Source: Perna viridis (Eukaryota). From it: 64,000 nucleotides of DNA. The stretch spans positions 19,530,001-19,594,000 of the forward strand of contig CM074517.1 in assembly GCA_037379345.1 (NCBI GenBank). Direction: 5' to 3'. Of this stretch, positions 26,901 through 41,797 are shown piece after piece; within the stretch, counting starts at the first letter, position 1; each line of letters begins with the position of its first letter. The notes under the pieces were generated by a model. That model worked only from the letters and a program-made list of their open reading frames with translations. It did not search any database and was not told where the DNA came from. The position numbers were made by a program, and so were the translations under genes.

Positions 26901-28882
26901 TTATTTTTCTTCCACAGTTAACTTTAAATAGGAATTTTTTTATAATGAATTAATGCTTATCAATAGTCTCCAGATTCTGCCTTAATTTTTTTTTTTATCA
27001 TTCCGTTCATGTTTCTGAATCCAATGCAACACAATGAACTGAGTTCATGAAAAAGAAATTGTGGAAAACAGACAGGAAACTGTCAGTGATTTATTCAACC
27101 ATGGAATTTCAGGAAAGTCTAACATTGCTTATACTGTACATTGAAGAAAAAAAATATTCATATATAACAAAAAAATATACAAAATTCTGAACTCCTGGTG
27201 TAAAACAGGTACAGTTCAAAGTTCAGAAATGATTTCCTGCATTTTTCAAAATCTTCAGGTAAATATAATTTGATTTCTTACAATTACACAAAGTTTGTAT
27301 GGCAACACCTTGCATAGTACATGCAATAGTGGAACCACTAAGCTCTGGGTGCAATAAAACATAGAAAATACTGATGTCTGAAATATTCTTAAATTTCATG
27401 GTGACTCGAATCAAAGTCTTTAGATTTTACGACAAATCAAAAATAGTTAAAAGTATTTTCAGACTCCTGATATATTTCAAGTTTTGTGCCACTCAGGAGT
27501 ACAAACCAGTATTTTAAACACAATGTTTCCTAAGTTGAATAATTTTCACAGGGAATTTAAATGATATTTTCTGAGAATTTTATATATAATAGTATAGTGA
27601 GCAAACCAAAATCCAAGATAAATGTCTAAAATCTGTCTTATCGAACAAAATAAAACAAAAACTTCAAAAGAAAGATGATCAACAATCTTATCATCTCCAA
27701 CCTGTCAAAGTGACGACATTTCTATCCTTAAGACTCTGCAAATTATATAACTGGCACGCTTATTGATTCAACAGAGCACTGCTCTCGCTCACCTTGTACA
27801 AGCTAATCCAAAAAACACTGTCATAACAGTAATTCTACAATTTACAAATCCCTCTAGATCTCTGCTATGTATAGATTTTGTCCTAATTAATCGACTTGAT
27901 ATCTTTCATAGAATGCTGGAACCTCTTTAATCCAATGTTTTTAAATACTTCAAAGCTCTCGTAGATTAAAATACTAATTAGTTAATCACAATTTTCTTGA
28001 TCAACTTGTGAGACTAAGAAAGTTCCCTGTTCCTTTTGAGAACTCAATTGGTTCAATTTCGAATCATTTTTCTTCTTTGAATAATAGCTAGAATTCCGTT
28101 CACATAACAAAAAAAAATTACACTAGACAAATCCTGACAAATCTAAAGGATAAATGAAATAATGGTAACAAATTGCTTTTCTTACTATATAAACAACGTA
28201 AATTCCAAAATCCTGTTTCTGTAACAGCTTTTGTAACTGTAGAAATAATTATGCATGCTTTATGCTTCATTTCTCCAACCCACCTATGAGCCAAGAGAAC
28301 AATAGCACAACTAATTAGCAATGTTGTCCATCATAGAATTAACCAACCCAAAATAAAAGTCATTATCGCTATAGAGGTCGGGCATTACCTGTAGCCAATA
28401 CATTGATTATAGCCACATGAGAAGTGGCTGAGGCTATAAACGTAAGCTTAATGAACTCATGACAGTCACTTTAATAATCCAAATGATCTTAGCATAAATG
28501 CCATGTCCTTGATGAACAAAGCTTTGACAAACTTCTTCAAAGAAAACACACAGAAACCATGGAAGACCATAAACAAGATTTTTCATGGCAAAAAAATCTT
28601 GACCTTGAAAAAATGCAATGATCAGATGGTGGAACAGTTAAGAACAGATGCTATAATTTTTAACTGAATGTTAAATTTTTTTCATAGTCCATCAAACCAC
28701 ATCAACAATTCCAAACATCAAGATGAAAAGATTTTAGTAGTACTATCATGTTTCTATAGACCTATCAAAAACAGACCATACAACTAAAAACAGTTAAAAA
28801 TAGTAGAAAAATAAAGATAAGTTTACATTCTTCAGTTTTCTGTTTCTAACATAGTTCATTCTAACATGATCACAACTCCCCG

Positions 28883-29360
28883 ATTTTGAATTATTGTTGA
28901 TATCATGTTAGGTTAGCATGACAAATCAATTAACACTGTAATAGGAATGTAAAAAATCAATTAATGTAAATTCATGGAAACAGGTAAAAAAAAAATATAA
29001 TAAAATGCACCAAAATGAAAATCACGACTCTAGAATGAACAGACACAAATAATAATTTATTTTAACCCGTTCAGAACTCCAAAATTTAGAATTATTGTTG
29101 AAATCTTGTTCAGTTAGTATGATCAATCAATTAATGTAAATTCCTGGAAACAGGTCAAACAAAAATATAATTAAATGTACAATCATGACTCTAGAATGAA
29201 CAGACACAAATAATACTAATATATTATAACCACTTCAGAACTCCAAAATTTAGAATTATTGTTGAAATCTTGATCAATCAATTAATGAAAATTCCTGGAA
29301 ACAGGTCAAACAAAATATAATAAAATATCCCAAAATGAAAATCATGACTCTAGAATGAAC
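28883..29360. repeat. Degenerate tandem triplication, unit about 150-170 bp
   Basis: Recurrent AATCAATTAATGTAAATTCCTGGAAACAGGT, GACTCTAGAATGAAC and GAATTATTGTTGAAATCTTG blocks with indels. Confidence 0.85.
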
Positions 29361-32300
29361 ATATACTTCTAGTATATTACCTAGTAAAAGATAACCCTAG
29401 GATAACAAGGTATCTAACTACTCTACTTACAGCTGGCACCCGGTGGTAGGACCTATATAACCCTTGTTAGCCTCAGTACACCTACCATCAGCAATTACTG
29501 CTATATTTTATACTTATTGAGCAGGAAAAAAGTGATTTAGTTACTATCAAAAAATCTAAAATTAAGAAAAAAAACTGCAGAGGGGTGTACAAGAGTTCAG
29601 AAACCACCATGAACTGAACTCATTAGAGTACTATCTTACTGTCGAGTTTAAAGCTTCTTCTACATGTTAACATCCTTTGGAATACAATAAAAAAAACTTA
29701 AATCTACAATTAGCTATCATTTATAGCTACTGGTTCAACAAAGATGTTTTAACCAGGAAATAAAGCTCAAGACCAATGAGTTTTAATGCCTAAATTAATA
29801 GCGAGTTGTTGCTTTACTGATCGTTAAAAAATACAATTATTGTAGTTTTATTGATGCTCATCATGAGAACAACAAAAATCATAGACAGAAGTTAATCACG
29901 TTCTCTCTTATATTTATAAATAAGAAAGTTTCCAACTTTTTCTTTTTACATCAACTTCATTGTATCACAAGGTCTGACAATGTTATAATCTGAAAAACAA
30001 TATCAATATTTTACTGTCATTTTTTTACGCTTATTTGTTTCTTTCCAAAAAACTGAGCTGAAAGTTCAGAAAAATAAAGGTTCTTTCTCTGTCCATTGTT
30101 TCAATGTCTAGGGAATCAATCAGAAGAGTTTGAGAAGTTATCAAAAAGCTGAACCATCATCATCATAAATGAAAAATGGTTAATCTGTAAATGAAGGGCC
30201 AAAGGTCAACAACAATTATTATTCAGCTATTTCCCAAGAGATTGTCTTAACCAATGAAACATTTACACCTCACTAAACAGTTTATGCATAATATGACAAG
30301 CTATACCATTTCTACAGCCAGTGAAATAAGCATCCTGAGAGCTCAGGCATTGCTAGTACTCAGTAGTGACAAAAAAAAACAACCCAGAAGTCCAGACAAA
30401 CCTTGCATGAACTCATTCAATAAACTAACATACTGACCAAACAACTTGGGAATTCCATAATTATTGTCTTATCTGTTAATAAAGTGCAAAAAATCAACAC
30501 TGATAAAAGCAAGAAAGTTATTCTATGCTTAATACCATCATCAAGAAAATGATTCCAATCACCTCAGGATTGCCACAAGGGTTTTAGCCAGTTCCTATCA
30601 TTATGTTAGTCTTATCTATAATTAATGTAATGAGCAATGGGCAGAGGAGATAATGTTTGGAATGTTTGTTGTTGGTCAAAAAAGATAACGAATGAGTTCA
30701 GTGTCCTAGAGTATAGACAACTGACCTCTTAAACTTGCCTTGCAAGAGGATATTTAAATTTGATTGGCTATTCCTATAACTGCACTATATTGTGCCCTTG
30801 TTTGTTGTTTTTCCTTGAAATTGTCGACCAACAGAAATCATCATCTTTAATTGATTGAAGAAGTCATGGACACTACAGTATACTGTAATAAAAACAATAA
30901 AAAAATTATTCTTGAAAAATTCACCCCCTCATATTTCGTCAAAATAAAAGTACTTTTAATATCTAAAAAAATCTTTGTTTCTTGGATTGTTGAATATGTG
31001 GATTTCATTTGAGAATCAAGAGTTTCCTCTTTGTTGGGAATTTGAATTTGTGGTTATAATTGATTCTGAGTAAAGCCATGAAAAATAATACTTCACAGAA
31101 AGTTCTTTTATAGTACTTTGTATACAGGTCGAAATAAGGAATGTCATTAAGTATTGAAAGTAAACTGTGTCTGAAATCTAGGTTTATGACTGTCCAAATA
31201 TGATATAATTTAATTAGCTGATGAACAGCTTATGTCTGAACAAGCATTTGTAAAGAGAATTTGAAAAGTGAGGTAGAGAGAGATAACTATATTGACCATC
31301 CTAATGCTGTTAGTCTATGTAACCTTTAATAGAACAGACAAGTCTGTCTGCATGATAGAAAATTAAATTGCAAATGATATTTTATTTTTCCATCAATCCT
31401 TAATTTAAAGACCAGTGACCCTCCGAATGTTATTGTGATTATTGTCAACTTGGCAATATTTTTTTCAATCTATTTTTATAACTTCCTAAAAGTTTAATTT
31501 ACATTTTTGTAACAACAAGTTTCACCATTAATAACCTGCTTTAGTCATTTCATTATGAAGCAGTAGAGATATTTAGTCTCGTTATTAATATGTCTGGGAT
31601 CGACCATAATTGGGCTTGACATACACACTAAGGTTTCCCTGAAGTATAGAATGGGAGGGATAAGAGTCATAGAGAAGAGAAAATATTTGAGTGTAAGATT
31701 ATTGAAAAGCACTCTCAACGATTTCTAGTACTGTCAATTGCTGATGAAGTTTTCAGACTTTTATGAACTTGTAACCTGAGGAGAGATACAATTTGGCAAA
31801 GTTACTAATAGAAGAATAAGATAAGTCACTCCAAATATCTTTTTTCATTGAAATTAAATATGAAATGGCCACCAAATTCCCATTCAACTTCTTAACTTAG
31901 GAAATCAAATTCCATCTTGGCCAATAAGAATATTGTAAATTGATATTTAAAAGACTACAAATATTATGTCAGGCCTGAAGCAAATATCAATTTCTTAGAT
32001 GACACCTACTTTTTCCAGAAAAAAATACACTACTGAAATGTGGTTTTTGATACTATGAATTTTATACAGTTTTTTTTACCAATTTTAAACCAATACCACT
32101 ACTGAAGGCTGTGATTGTAAAACTTTTATGAAGGCTACCAGTCTACTAATCCCTCAAAATGACAACATTGAAAAGCTTGGATACAATATGTTCTTTATTT
32201 GAGGACCAGGTCTTTAGTCCCCAGTGGTGAATCCTGAAATTTAAAAAAGAGAAGCTGCTGCCCTTATGGGAGGGGGGGGGTCACTCAAGTGATTTTCAAT

Positions 32301-34059
32301 TTTCACCATGTAATCAACCAGTGCCATCTTCAATCTACCTATGTTTCCAAATGACAACACAAAATTCTAACCAAAATCAATGCAATGGGCCTTTTATTTC
32401 CTAATCTTTGACACACAACCTTCACACTAAGAGTAATGCCCTTAAGTTGATGACACAAATATTAACCCTAAAACACATTGGAACAAATAAGGAAGTAATC
32501 AGGTTAATCCCAGTAAATTAATTCTTCCACTGAATTCTGCTGATTTTATTTCATTGCGTTATAAACAAACCATTGATGTGTCACTATGACGGGCTGATTC
32601 AATCCTAGCTTTATCCAAATTAGTTGTCACTATGTGAAGGCATTTCACTGACAAATCTAGTTATACATCATATAAGGATTAATCAACTGACACTAGCTAG
32701 AAAATAAAAATGCCACAGGGTACCATACAAAAACAATAAAAGCCAATAGTCTTTGTAATAATTATATAAACTTTTTTTTACCTTCAACTTTATAGAAATG
32801 CATATTTTACAGATTTATCTCACAATGTCCAGCAGAATTCTGCTAACATGGTAAATAAATTTAAGGCAGTTTTTTTTTCTCACAAAAAATACCCAAACAC
32901 AAAAACATAAAACCCCCCAAAAATTCTGAAAGTTTTCTCTTATTTTTAATCGATTTTCACATCCCCTGACCAGTGTGAGAAAAATAGCTCTCGTCTCTAG
33001 AGAGAATTAAGTTCTCAAGTGCTGATTGGTCAAAAAAGAAAGGGGCAGTATGTAATTTAAAAAAAATGATTTTGCAGGAACTATATATCCTGGTTACCAG
33101 TCCACAGTGGAAATAGGGAAAATTAGAAGACTGTGAAAATTAAATACGTTGACAGTATACATTTAAGAAAAATATAACAAAAATTAGGCATCTAAAAACC
33201 TTCCTGCTTTACCTATAGTGCATAGTTACAAAAGTAACTGACTCCAAATGTTTTGAATAAATTCATTTTACCTATTGAAAGACGATCTGGTGATTACATC
33301 TGTATTTTAATATTTCAAAGTGGAAAAGATACCTGAACTATTATCTACAACTAGATCTGTCCTTTATGATACAAAGCATTGTGTAGAAATACAGTTTGAA
33401 TATACATGATTGAACTTTGGTGCACTTTAACCTTTTAACTTTAAACTTAAGACTGTTTAGTTATTAGCGAGTTGTTTTTTCAATATTAAACATTTCTCCA
33501 AGTATCATTTAGAACATAAAAGTACAACAGTAGAATTATAATGAGTATAAGTATTCACCCATATATCAATGTACTTTGAGCATCATTAATTCTTATTTAT
33601 GGCCAAAGAAAAAGGTCACTGTAACCAAATGAAGCAAAAATTAACCTTTCCTTGAATCTTGTCATCTACAGATGTAATACTATTGACAAATCTAACCATA
33701 CCATGTAAGACTTCATTAATACACGTCAGATAGAAAATCAAAGTGCTGAAGGCACTGTTCATTGTTAAGGCTAAAACTTCATTGATAGCAACTTGTTCTA
33801 AGTATTGTAAATGAAAAATCCTTCATTCAAGTTGATGAATTTATAGTAATTCTTGCAGCATTGAAATTCTTGTTAGGTTTCAATATTTCTATTCTAAACA
33901 GGAAATCTTCTTTGTAATCCTTTATTACATAGAGTTAATTAGGGCAAATCAAGGCAAAAAGGGGAAAGCTGTTGAATAGTGCAGCTACTTGAGGCTGATC
34001 TATTTGTTCAGTTCTATTGGTAGGTTTGTGCCATCTGGGTATTTTCAGTTCCAGACCTG

Positions 34060-34195
34060 TGCATGGATTTCATAAAAAAACTCTTAAATTGAGATTTTCC
34101 TCAAATCTTCAATTTAAAGTGATTTGATTGGTCAAAGTTGATGAAGAATTTGAGGAAAGTCTCAATTTGAGAGATTCTTTGTGAAACTGGGACCC
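34060..34195. mobile_element. MITE family D copy
   Basis: TTTCATAAA..AAATTGAGATTTTCCTCAAAT and ATTTGAGGAAAGTCTCAATTT..GTGAAACTGGGACCC. Confidence 0.7.
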
Positions 34196-34284
34196 ATAAC
34201 TGATCCATGCGACTGTGAAACTGGGACCCATAACTGATCCATGCGACTGTAAAACTGGGACCCATAACTGATCCATGCGACTGT
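34180..34284. repeat. 34-bp tandem repeat, 3 copies, spanning a MITE end and its flank
   Basis: TGTGAAACTGGGACCCATAACTGATCCATGCGAC at 34180, 34214 and 34248. Confidence 0.92.
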
Positions 34285-34494
34285 AATTGTGATCTGCTGT
34301 TGAATATTGATCAGTTGCATTTCAGTCATTGATCTGTCAAACCGATCTGTAAAACCAGTGATTGTTTCTATATTACACCATGTGACTCAGCCAATCAGCT
34401 TATAAATTTTCAGAATGGTTTTCCTATTTTGCACAAATTCACAAAATGATACATTCAATTACTTTTCTGTAACATTTGCTTTTTTCAAATAAAA

Positions 34495-34701
34495 TACTGT
34501 GAAGTTACTTTTATTCATGGGTACCAATTTTTGTGCTTTAGGGGAAAATATCAGTTTGTGGATTCTTGAATCCAAGGATTTGAAACTCTTTCAAAAAAAT
34601 GAATAGAAAAATTCCTTTTCCTTGGGAACCAAATTTTGTGTTTTACCAAACCCACAAAAACCATGAAAATTGGTACCCCATGAACAATAAAACTTTCACA
34701 G
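34495..34701. mobile_element. TA-flanked MITE family B copy
   Basis: TACTGTGAAG..TTCATGGGTACCAATTTT ... AAAATTGGTACCCCATGAA..TTTCACAG. Confidence 0.72.
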
Positions 34702-34826
34702 AACAAAATGTGAGTTTAATATTTCAAATCCATAGTATAATACAATAGCACTATAAATTAGATTCATTCCATTTAATGAAAATCCTGATATTAAAATCTG
34801 TTACATAAGAAAACCCTGGTCAGATA

Positions 34827-34908
34827 AGTCATTGATTACTGATCAGCAATCAGTCAATAATCAGTCACTGATTACTGATCAGCAATCAGTCAATAATCAG
34901 TCACTGAT
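34827..34908. repeat. Short tandem duplication, about 35 bp x 2.3
   Basis: AGTCAyTGATTACTGATCAGCAATCAGTCAATAATC repeated. Confidence 0.85.
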
Positions 34909-36127
34909 CCATCAATTAGTTGCAGGGATACAGTATGGTCAGTGACTGTATCAATATTCCTTGTTTCAATATCACATGACAAAACTTATACATCAATTTT
35001 CCCACTAAAAAAGAATAACTTCAGCTGTCTTATGAAAACAATAAAAAATTTAGCCCTATAATTAGAGACATTTTGATAGCTACCAGACAATGGACATTTT
35101 GTGTGATAAATCTCATTAAACAACAAAAACTCAGTCATCAACACCCCCAGCGTTAATTATTGGAAATGTGGCAAAACCATTTCTTCAAGTGACACAGATA
35201 AATATAGAGATTTAGCTTGGGAATTGTGGACATTTGTACAGAATCAAATCTGTCTACCTATAAATGGTATGAAAACACTGTTGTCCATCTAGAGAAAAAA
35301 AAATCAATTAATATATATATAACGTTCTCAAATGGCAAATAAAGAAAACAGACACATTATGGTTTTCTTATGTGATCCACATAAAATCTATTCTGTTAAA
35401 GTTTATGTAAAAGTCATGCAAATCATCAACTTCTAAAACTTTAATGGCAAATCCATCCTTAGAAAATATATTAAAACAATAATATTTTTTCTATAAAAAC
35501 TTAAAACACCCTGCCAATATAACTATTAGTCAGGAACAAGATAGCTGATAATATTTTGCTCAAATGTTACTTGCTATAGAAAGGTTCATCAGAAAAGGAT
35601 TTTCTGACAATATTATTTTAAGTTACCATGACAACAAGACCTTCTAAATGAATATATGACCAAAAATAGCAAAAATTACTCTTACATGTGAGTTTTTTCC
35701 TAATGTATACTAGAAAATTCTGCTTTTCAAAGAGTTTGCCAGCTTAATATTGAACATTTCAAAAAAATACTATTATATTAAAAATGATATGGCAAATATG
35801 TTTTTTTTATTAGAGCAGTAGTCTATACATTGGGCTTTTGGTATTTATACAATTATTGGCTCAGTAACCATGTTGAAGGGAAAAAATGCATGTGACAGGT
35901 TTTAATAATCTAATTTACAACAAAATCAAAGCATTTGTTTTTTAAACAAAAAATTAATTAACTTGTAGCCAGGATTATATATACTAAGCAGTTAATTATA
36001 TACTCAACTCATAATCATGTTCCTTGGAGTAACAAGCACTTGAAAAAGCTACAGGGAGTTTACACTGGATTTTTTCAAACTGATTAATAGAACCTAAAAA
36101 CTCTGGTATGCATTGCAGTTGTTTTTT

Positions 36128-36610
36128 TAACATAGAGCCGTGTGTCAAAACCTAGATTTGTGAGCACTCTCATAATATTGCCCTATACTTATTTCTGCTA
36201 AACCTTACTTTATACTTTATTTCTGCTAAATGCAGAAACATTCTGGCAAAAAATAATACCATCCAAGATTTTATTACTAACTTTTTATCTAAGTTTGAAA
36301 GAAACCACTCAAAAAATGTAGGCGCTATCTAAATGAAAAGACTAAATCTGTAATTTTCAAATTAAGTCCCACTCCCCCCCAAAAAAAAGGGATCTCTCTT
36401 TGACCGATAATGATGAAAATAAATTCCATCCAAGTTTTTATTTCTACTTACCATACAAAAAAGTTTGAAGGAAATCAATAAAAAAAAATTGATGCGCTAT
36501 CAAGGCGATAACATGTTATGATTTGTATGCACAGTAAAATGACACAAGAACAGACGGACGGACGGACAAGTGACAGGGCAAAAACATTATACCCCATTAC
36601 TAGTTATGTA
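36128..36610 (+). mobile_element. Helentron-associated (HINE/pearl-like) non-autonomous element, degenerate
   Basis: Two internal core repeats (CCATCCAAG..AAGTTTGAA..GCGCTATC), a GACG/GACA microsatellite and an AAAACATTATACCCC end. Similar remnants at about 5650-5860, 13030-13190, 26110-26520, 42940-43060, 46637-46915 and 60250-60390. Confidence 0.5.
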
Positions 36611-36872
36611 TGGAAAAACAAGAACTAGAAACAAAACTTCTGATCATTATGTCAGCTGATTATTTTCACAAGCCTTGAAGATTTAGGCACAAACTATTTT
36701 TTTGTGAGCAGGGAGGGCTTGGATTTTTAGAAAAGTACAAATAATCTTTTTTTCAGCAGCAGCCAGAGTGAAAATTTTTTTTTGAAAAACTACATTGTTA
36801 AGAAATGGGGGAATTTTTTTCTGTTCTTTTGCAAAGTAATGAAGTTTTGGTTTAAATTTGAAATGATATATT

Positions 36873-37023
36873 TAAGGAATGACTGTTATATTTTTTTCAG
36901 TCTATGAAGAAATAACCTCAATCATGTGGTACACACTAAATAACCTGCATAGCAAGTTATTATCAAGTGTGCATCACTGACATTGAGGTTATTTCAAATA
37001 GAACGAAAAATAACACATTCTTT
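36873..37023. mobile_element. Palindromic foldback element, about 150 bp
   Basis: TAAGGAATG..TTTTTT..CTATGAAGAAATAACCTCAAT..GTGGTACACACT..ATAACCTGC and GCAAGTTAT..AGTGTGCATCAC..ATTGAGGTTATTTCAAATAG..AAAAA..CATTCTTTA. From memory it resembles a common mussel hairpin repeat. Confidence 0.75.
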
Positions 37024-37042
37024 ACAAAATTTGGTCTATGGT

Positions 37043-37143
37043 CCAAATAATCCAGTCCCTCTCTGTATCCGTTTCACTTCACTCTTGAGGTTAATGGAGT
37101 GACGGTAGGGAACGTAATACATAACGACTGGATTATTCGGGTT
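37043..37143. mobile_element. Short TIR element, about 100 bp
   Basis: AATAATCCAGTC ... GACTGGATTATT inverted termini. Confidence 0.6.
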
Positions 37144-39183
37144 AATCTATGAGATGATGGATGAAATTTTTTATTCAAACAAAAACTGTGTTACTTCTGA
37201 AATTGAATTATATATATATGTATTTAAATCCCAACCTACCCACCTTGCTATTAAAATATTGTTGTCTAAGCTCCAAATAGTATCTGACATTCAAGTTGCA
37301 GACAGCCCTTCCAGAAATTGTTTCTGCTACATTATCCAATTGTCAAATATCCATGCTTCCTTGATAGACCAGTTTGCAGTTGTTAGTTAGAGAGGAAATT
37401 AATGTCTGCCACTGTTTGGAGCTTGTCAAAGCATGATTCAAGTCACATCTGAGGAGAGCTTTTCTTCAGGAGGTCAGGTAAAACATATTCTTTTGTACAT
37501 GTACTTACATTGTAATTTTTTGGCCAAACACTTTTTATTCTTTCCCACCTAACCAGAAAATTGTTTTACACACTAAATAATTCTTTTTTCAATTTTGCAG
37601 TCAACTTTTCAAAAACTTCTGTACTACAAATCTTTCTAAAATTTAAATCATAGGGAAATGGCATATTATGGTAGTAGAACTGCTATGATATGACAAAATA
37701 GACTTCCCCCTTTTTCTGCTTTCTATACCTTTCAAATTCCATAGAAACAGAAAAGTAGAAACAGACAATATTTATGTATTTACATGTAGGTTAAACAATA
37801 TCATAATTCAACTTGATGAAACCCAGTAAAATAACCATTTATAATGAAATACTTGCATCACGAGAAAAATTTCTATTAAAGACCATTATAATATCAATCT
37901 GATGACACATTAAAAAAAATATGCATTATGGAAATATGCTTTGATTCATTACCAGAATTTTATACTGCACTCACCCTTAATAAATGAAATCGGTGCAATT
38001 ACATAAAAATGCCAGAAAATGAAGACGACCATTTAATGTATAACATTTGTATGGTATAAAAATCAACACCCAAGAGTAATTAAAAAACAATAAATATTAA
38101 TTTAATTTTACACTGATAAATCAGAAACTATTTTTCTTAATTTTGCTTACCTCAAAACTTACATCATTACATAAACAAAAAACAGGAGAAAAACATCACT
38201 GTTCCTTTGATCAAAAGTTTATATAAAATGTAACACAAAAACTAGAGCATATTTTTGTAATCCCAGAAAATTAATTAGTGAAACCTTACATCCTAGGCAT
38301 ATTATCATCTAAGTCCTCGTTTATATAATACTAACAGCCAGTTTAATCAGAGAAAGAAAACATCAACAGAATACTTCCTAATCCTAGAGTTATGTTTTAT
38401 TTGTAAAAGGTTTCTAATGTTTTCACAAGGACTTACCTTGTCAAAACACACTGGCATAGCTAATAATTAAAGCTGAGTAATTTCTGCCAAGTTCTGATTT
38501 CGCTTTAATTATCCATAATTAAAAACTTGGAGACCACTTTTAATGGCATATTTGAGTGGGTTAACCCTTACACAATAGAGGTCAATGAATGAGTTATTTT
38601 TCTTTGGAATTAGGTCTAAAGTGACCAATATCTCGACTTTTCCAACTTTACTCTGTTTGATGGTGAAAATCTTTTTATCAGAAATTAGAATTATCCTAAA
38701 AGTTAACAGGTTATCAAAAGCCCAATCCTTTTCCTTTGTTAATTGTCTCATTTTAAAAGGTTAACAAGTGATTAACACTTGAAAGGAATTTAAGTAGTTG
38801 TAATTGTATTTTAATTACTAATGTAATCACAAAGACTGAGTTTTGTCTAAAGTATAAAAAGGAAATAGGAGATCATTGAAACCTATGTAAGACTACATAC
38901 ATGTAGTTTACTGACCTGGAAGAGAATATCAGTCTTAGATGTTTTAACATTGGGCTCTGGCTCCTTTGAAACTTAGCAGTTTTAAACTGTTCTTTCAAGG
39001 AAAAACATTATACAGAAAGTAAAATATTCCAAAACTAAGAGTTCTGTGACATCAAAGCAGAAGTATTACTTGAGTGATTGAAAAAGGTCAAAAGAGATTT
39101 TACATGAGTATCACAAAGCAAGTGCTTAAAGTGAAGCTATATAAAGCTACAAAAGAATCAGATAAAAAAACTAACAAATTTAC

Positions 39184-39404
39184 TGGCCCTTGACCAAAAG
39201 ATCTACTACATGTATTCCAATGATCAGGTACTAATTCATTGGTCCTTGACCAAAAGTTCTACTACATGTATTCCAATGATCAGGTACTAATTCATTGGTC
39301 CTTGACCAAAAGTTCTACTACATGTATTCCAATGATCAGGTACTAATTCATTGGTCCTTGACCAAAAGTTCTACTACATGAATTCCAATGATCAGGTACT
39401 AATT
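39184..39404. repeat. 56-bp tandem repeat, 4 copies
   Basis: TGGTCCTTGACCAAAAGTTCTACTACATGTATTCCAATGATCAGGTACTAATTCAT, near-identical copies. Confidence 0.93.
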
Positions 39405-40049
39405 GATACATTGATGTATATTTGGGTATTGATGTGTTGATTTTAACTACACAATTTTATTTTGTATTCAACTAGGTAGGTTTTGCAAGATTTAAACAGA
39501 TAGACAGACGTAAAAAATTCCTCTTCTGTTCATGTATTCATAAAATTTGCTAAAGATATAAAACAAATTATAACTACACACATTTCAAAAAGATAGACAC
39601 AATGGCATCACAAAGACAAGGCTAATCTGCATTTGTTGAATTCACAATAATGTGAACGTGGAGATAAAATGGCAAAATTGTGTTGATGATCAATTAAGAT
39701 GCTTACAAAACATTACTTAAAACAGTCGTAAAGAGCAAGATTCGTTAGATCATAGAACATAGTCTATGATCAAAATCATTAACAGAAAGTAAGAAGATAG
39801 GTCGTTAATAACATCTCTCTGCAATAATATACTTTGGTTTGTAATTGGAACAAGATGTGGTGCAGCAAACTTCAATACCTATTAGAGGGTATGATGACGC
39901 CATTGACACCCAAGTTCTAAATTCAGCTACAGCATCATGTGATGTAAAAAGTAAAAACATGATACCCTTGTTGATTTCAGTAGGTGGTTCATTTCATGAG
40001 TTTCTGAGCTTAATTATAGTATAGAACTTCAGAAGGTTCAGAGCTGAAA

Positions 40050-40287
40050 TACAGCAAGTTAAATAGTTCACTTCACAGGATAGAGTTGGTCCTCCCTTGA
40101 TTGACTGACCAATACCTGATGAACTTCCTTAGGTAGTTGACTGGACAATTGACAAAGAGATTTTAACTTTCAATCAAACTTAGTTTAAAATGAAGGTAAA
40201 ATCCCTTCGTTAGTTGTCTACTTAACTACCTAATACAATTCATCGACCAGCTCTATTCCCTGAAGTTAACTATATTATTGGCTGTAA
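40050..40287. mobile_element. Foldback MITE family A copy
   Basis: TACAGC..ATAGAGTTGGTCCTCCCTTGATTGA..CCTGATGAACT..CTGAAGTTAACTATA..GCTGTAA. Confidence 0.7.
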
Positions 40288-41797
40288 CTACAATTGTCCA
40301 GTCAGGTTTGCAAGACATATGTTGGGAATCAAATGGCTTTTATATTCTATCAAGACATTATCTGCATTAACCCTCAATTTCAATACATCTCAATAATGAT
40401 ATTCTTTATAAAAAAGCAAATTAATTTTATCAGCATATTATACAAACTGCAAACATATCATAAAATCAACAATTAAATGCTTTGTATTAATGGCAATGTT
40501 TATCTCTTCTCATCAATTTCGAATAATACCTCTATATAGAAGAAAATTACACCAAAATATAATAAAACTAATACAACAATATAGGACAACAAACTATCAA
40601 GTCCTTTTTTTTTAAATAAAAAGCATATTAAAATAACAAATTAATATCTAAATAGATACAAACATGCATTCAGACTGAACAAAATTGAAATGGAGAGGCA
40701 AGCCCACAGCGAGTCAATCCTGACACAAGATGTTACCGATGCATACACTGGGATAATAAATATACAAAACTAATACATCAATCTAGATCATTAAAACATA
40801 TAATTGAAATATTTATCAAGAATAAAAACCCTTTTCCACAGGTCATTATGATTTGGCGAAGTTCTATCAGTGCTCAGGGTAGAAAATCATTAAGTCTAGA
40901 CTTACTTTAACTCAGCATATTTCATGTTTGTAAACAGCAAGTTTTTGTTGTTGTTGAATTATTACACATTACTGCATCTGTTCAAATACTTTAAGATTTA
41001 TCAAATGCTTGAAATACCAAGAAAAAATGACTACTGGTAATTCTTGTGACTACTCTATAACCCTATCAGGAATCTACTATATCTGATTGAAATTTAAAAG
41101 CAACATGTAAAAAATGCACTTATGGTTTAAATTACTACAAAAAACAATGCAAAAGTTTACATGGGACAAAATTCAGTGCTATTAATGTTCCAAAGATTAT
41201 CAAACTGTGATTCAGTCAATGTAAAGTCAATTTTTCTTCTTCCTCTTCTTCTTTTATCTAGTTCATCAAATGAGAAAGTGAGTTACAAAAGAACTTAACT
41301 ATAACTCAGATATTTACTGACTTTCCACCCCAAACATTGAATATCCTTATAAACAAACTCTGGCAATAATGTGCAGCCTAATTACTAAGGCAAAGTTAAA
41401 TAACATTTCCCTTATATCCAATAAAAATACTTACTTTTCCCATGTAAGGTATAGATTTATGGAATGACCAAGGAAAATTTTACTTCTCTACACCAAATTT
41501 TCTCTCTTATATCTCTAACACACCTATTTGAAATAGCAAAAGAAGAAAGTGTAAAATAAAGCCATACCCACAGATAACTACTTTAATACAGAACTTTATT
41601 CCTGTCTCATTTTAGTGTCCTTGACTACTATTGACCAATACATGTAAATATAGGAATCTCTTCATTAATCATTTTGTGTTTGGTACAGATTTTAACCATA
41701 TCAGCCTACTGGGCTGTTAATGATTAATAGCTTTTATCATATCTAATAAGGTTACACTTAAATTGGAAATTATTTTCAAATTTAGAAAATGACTAAA

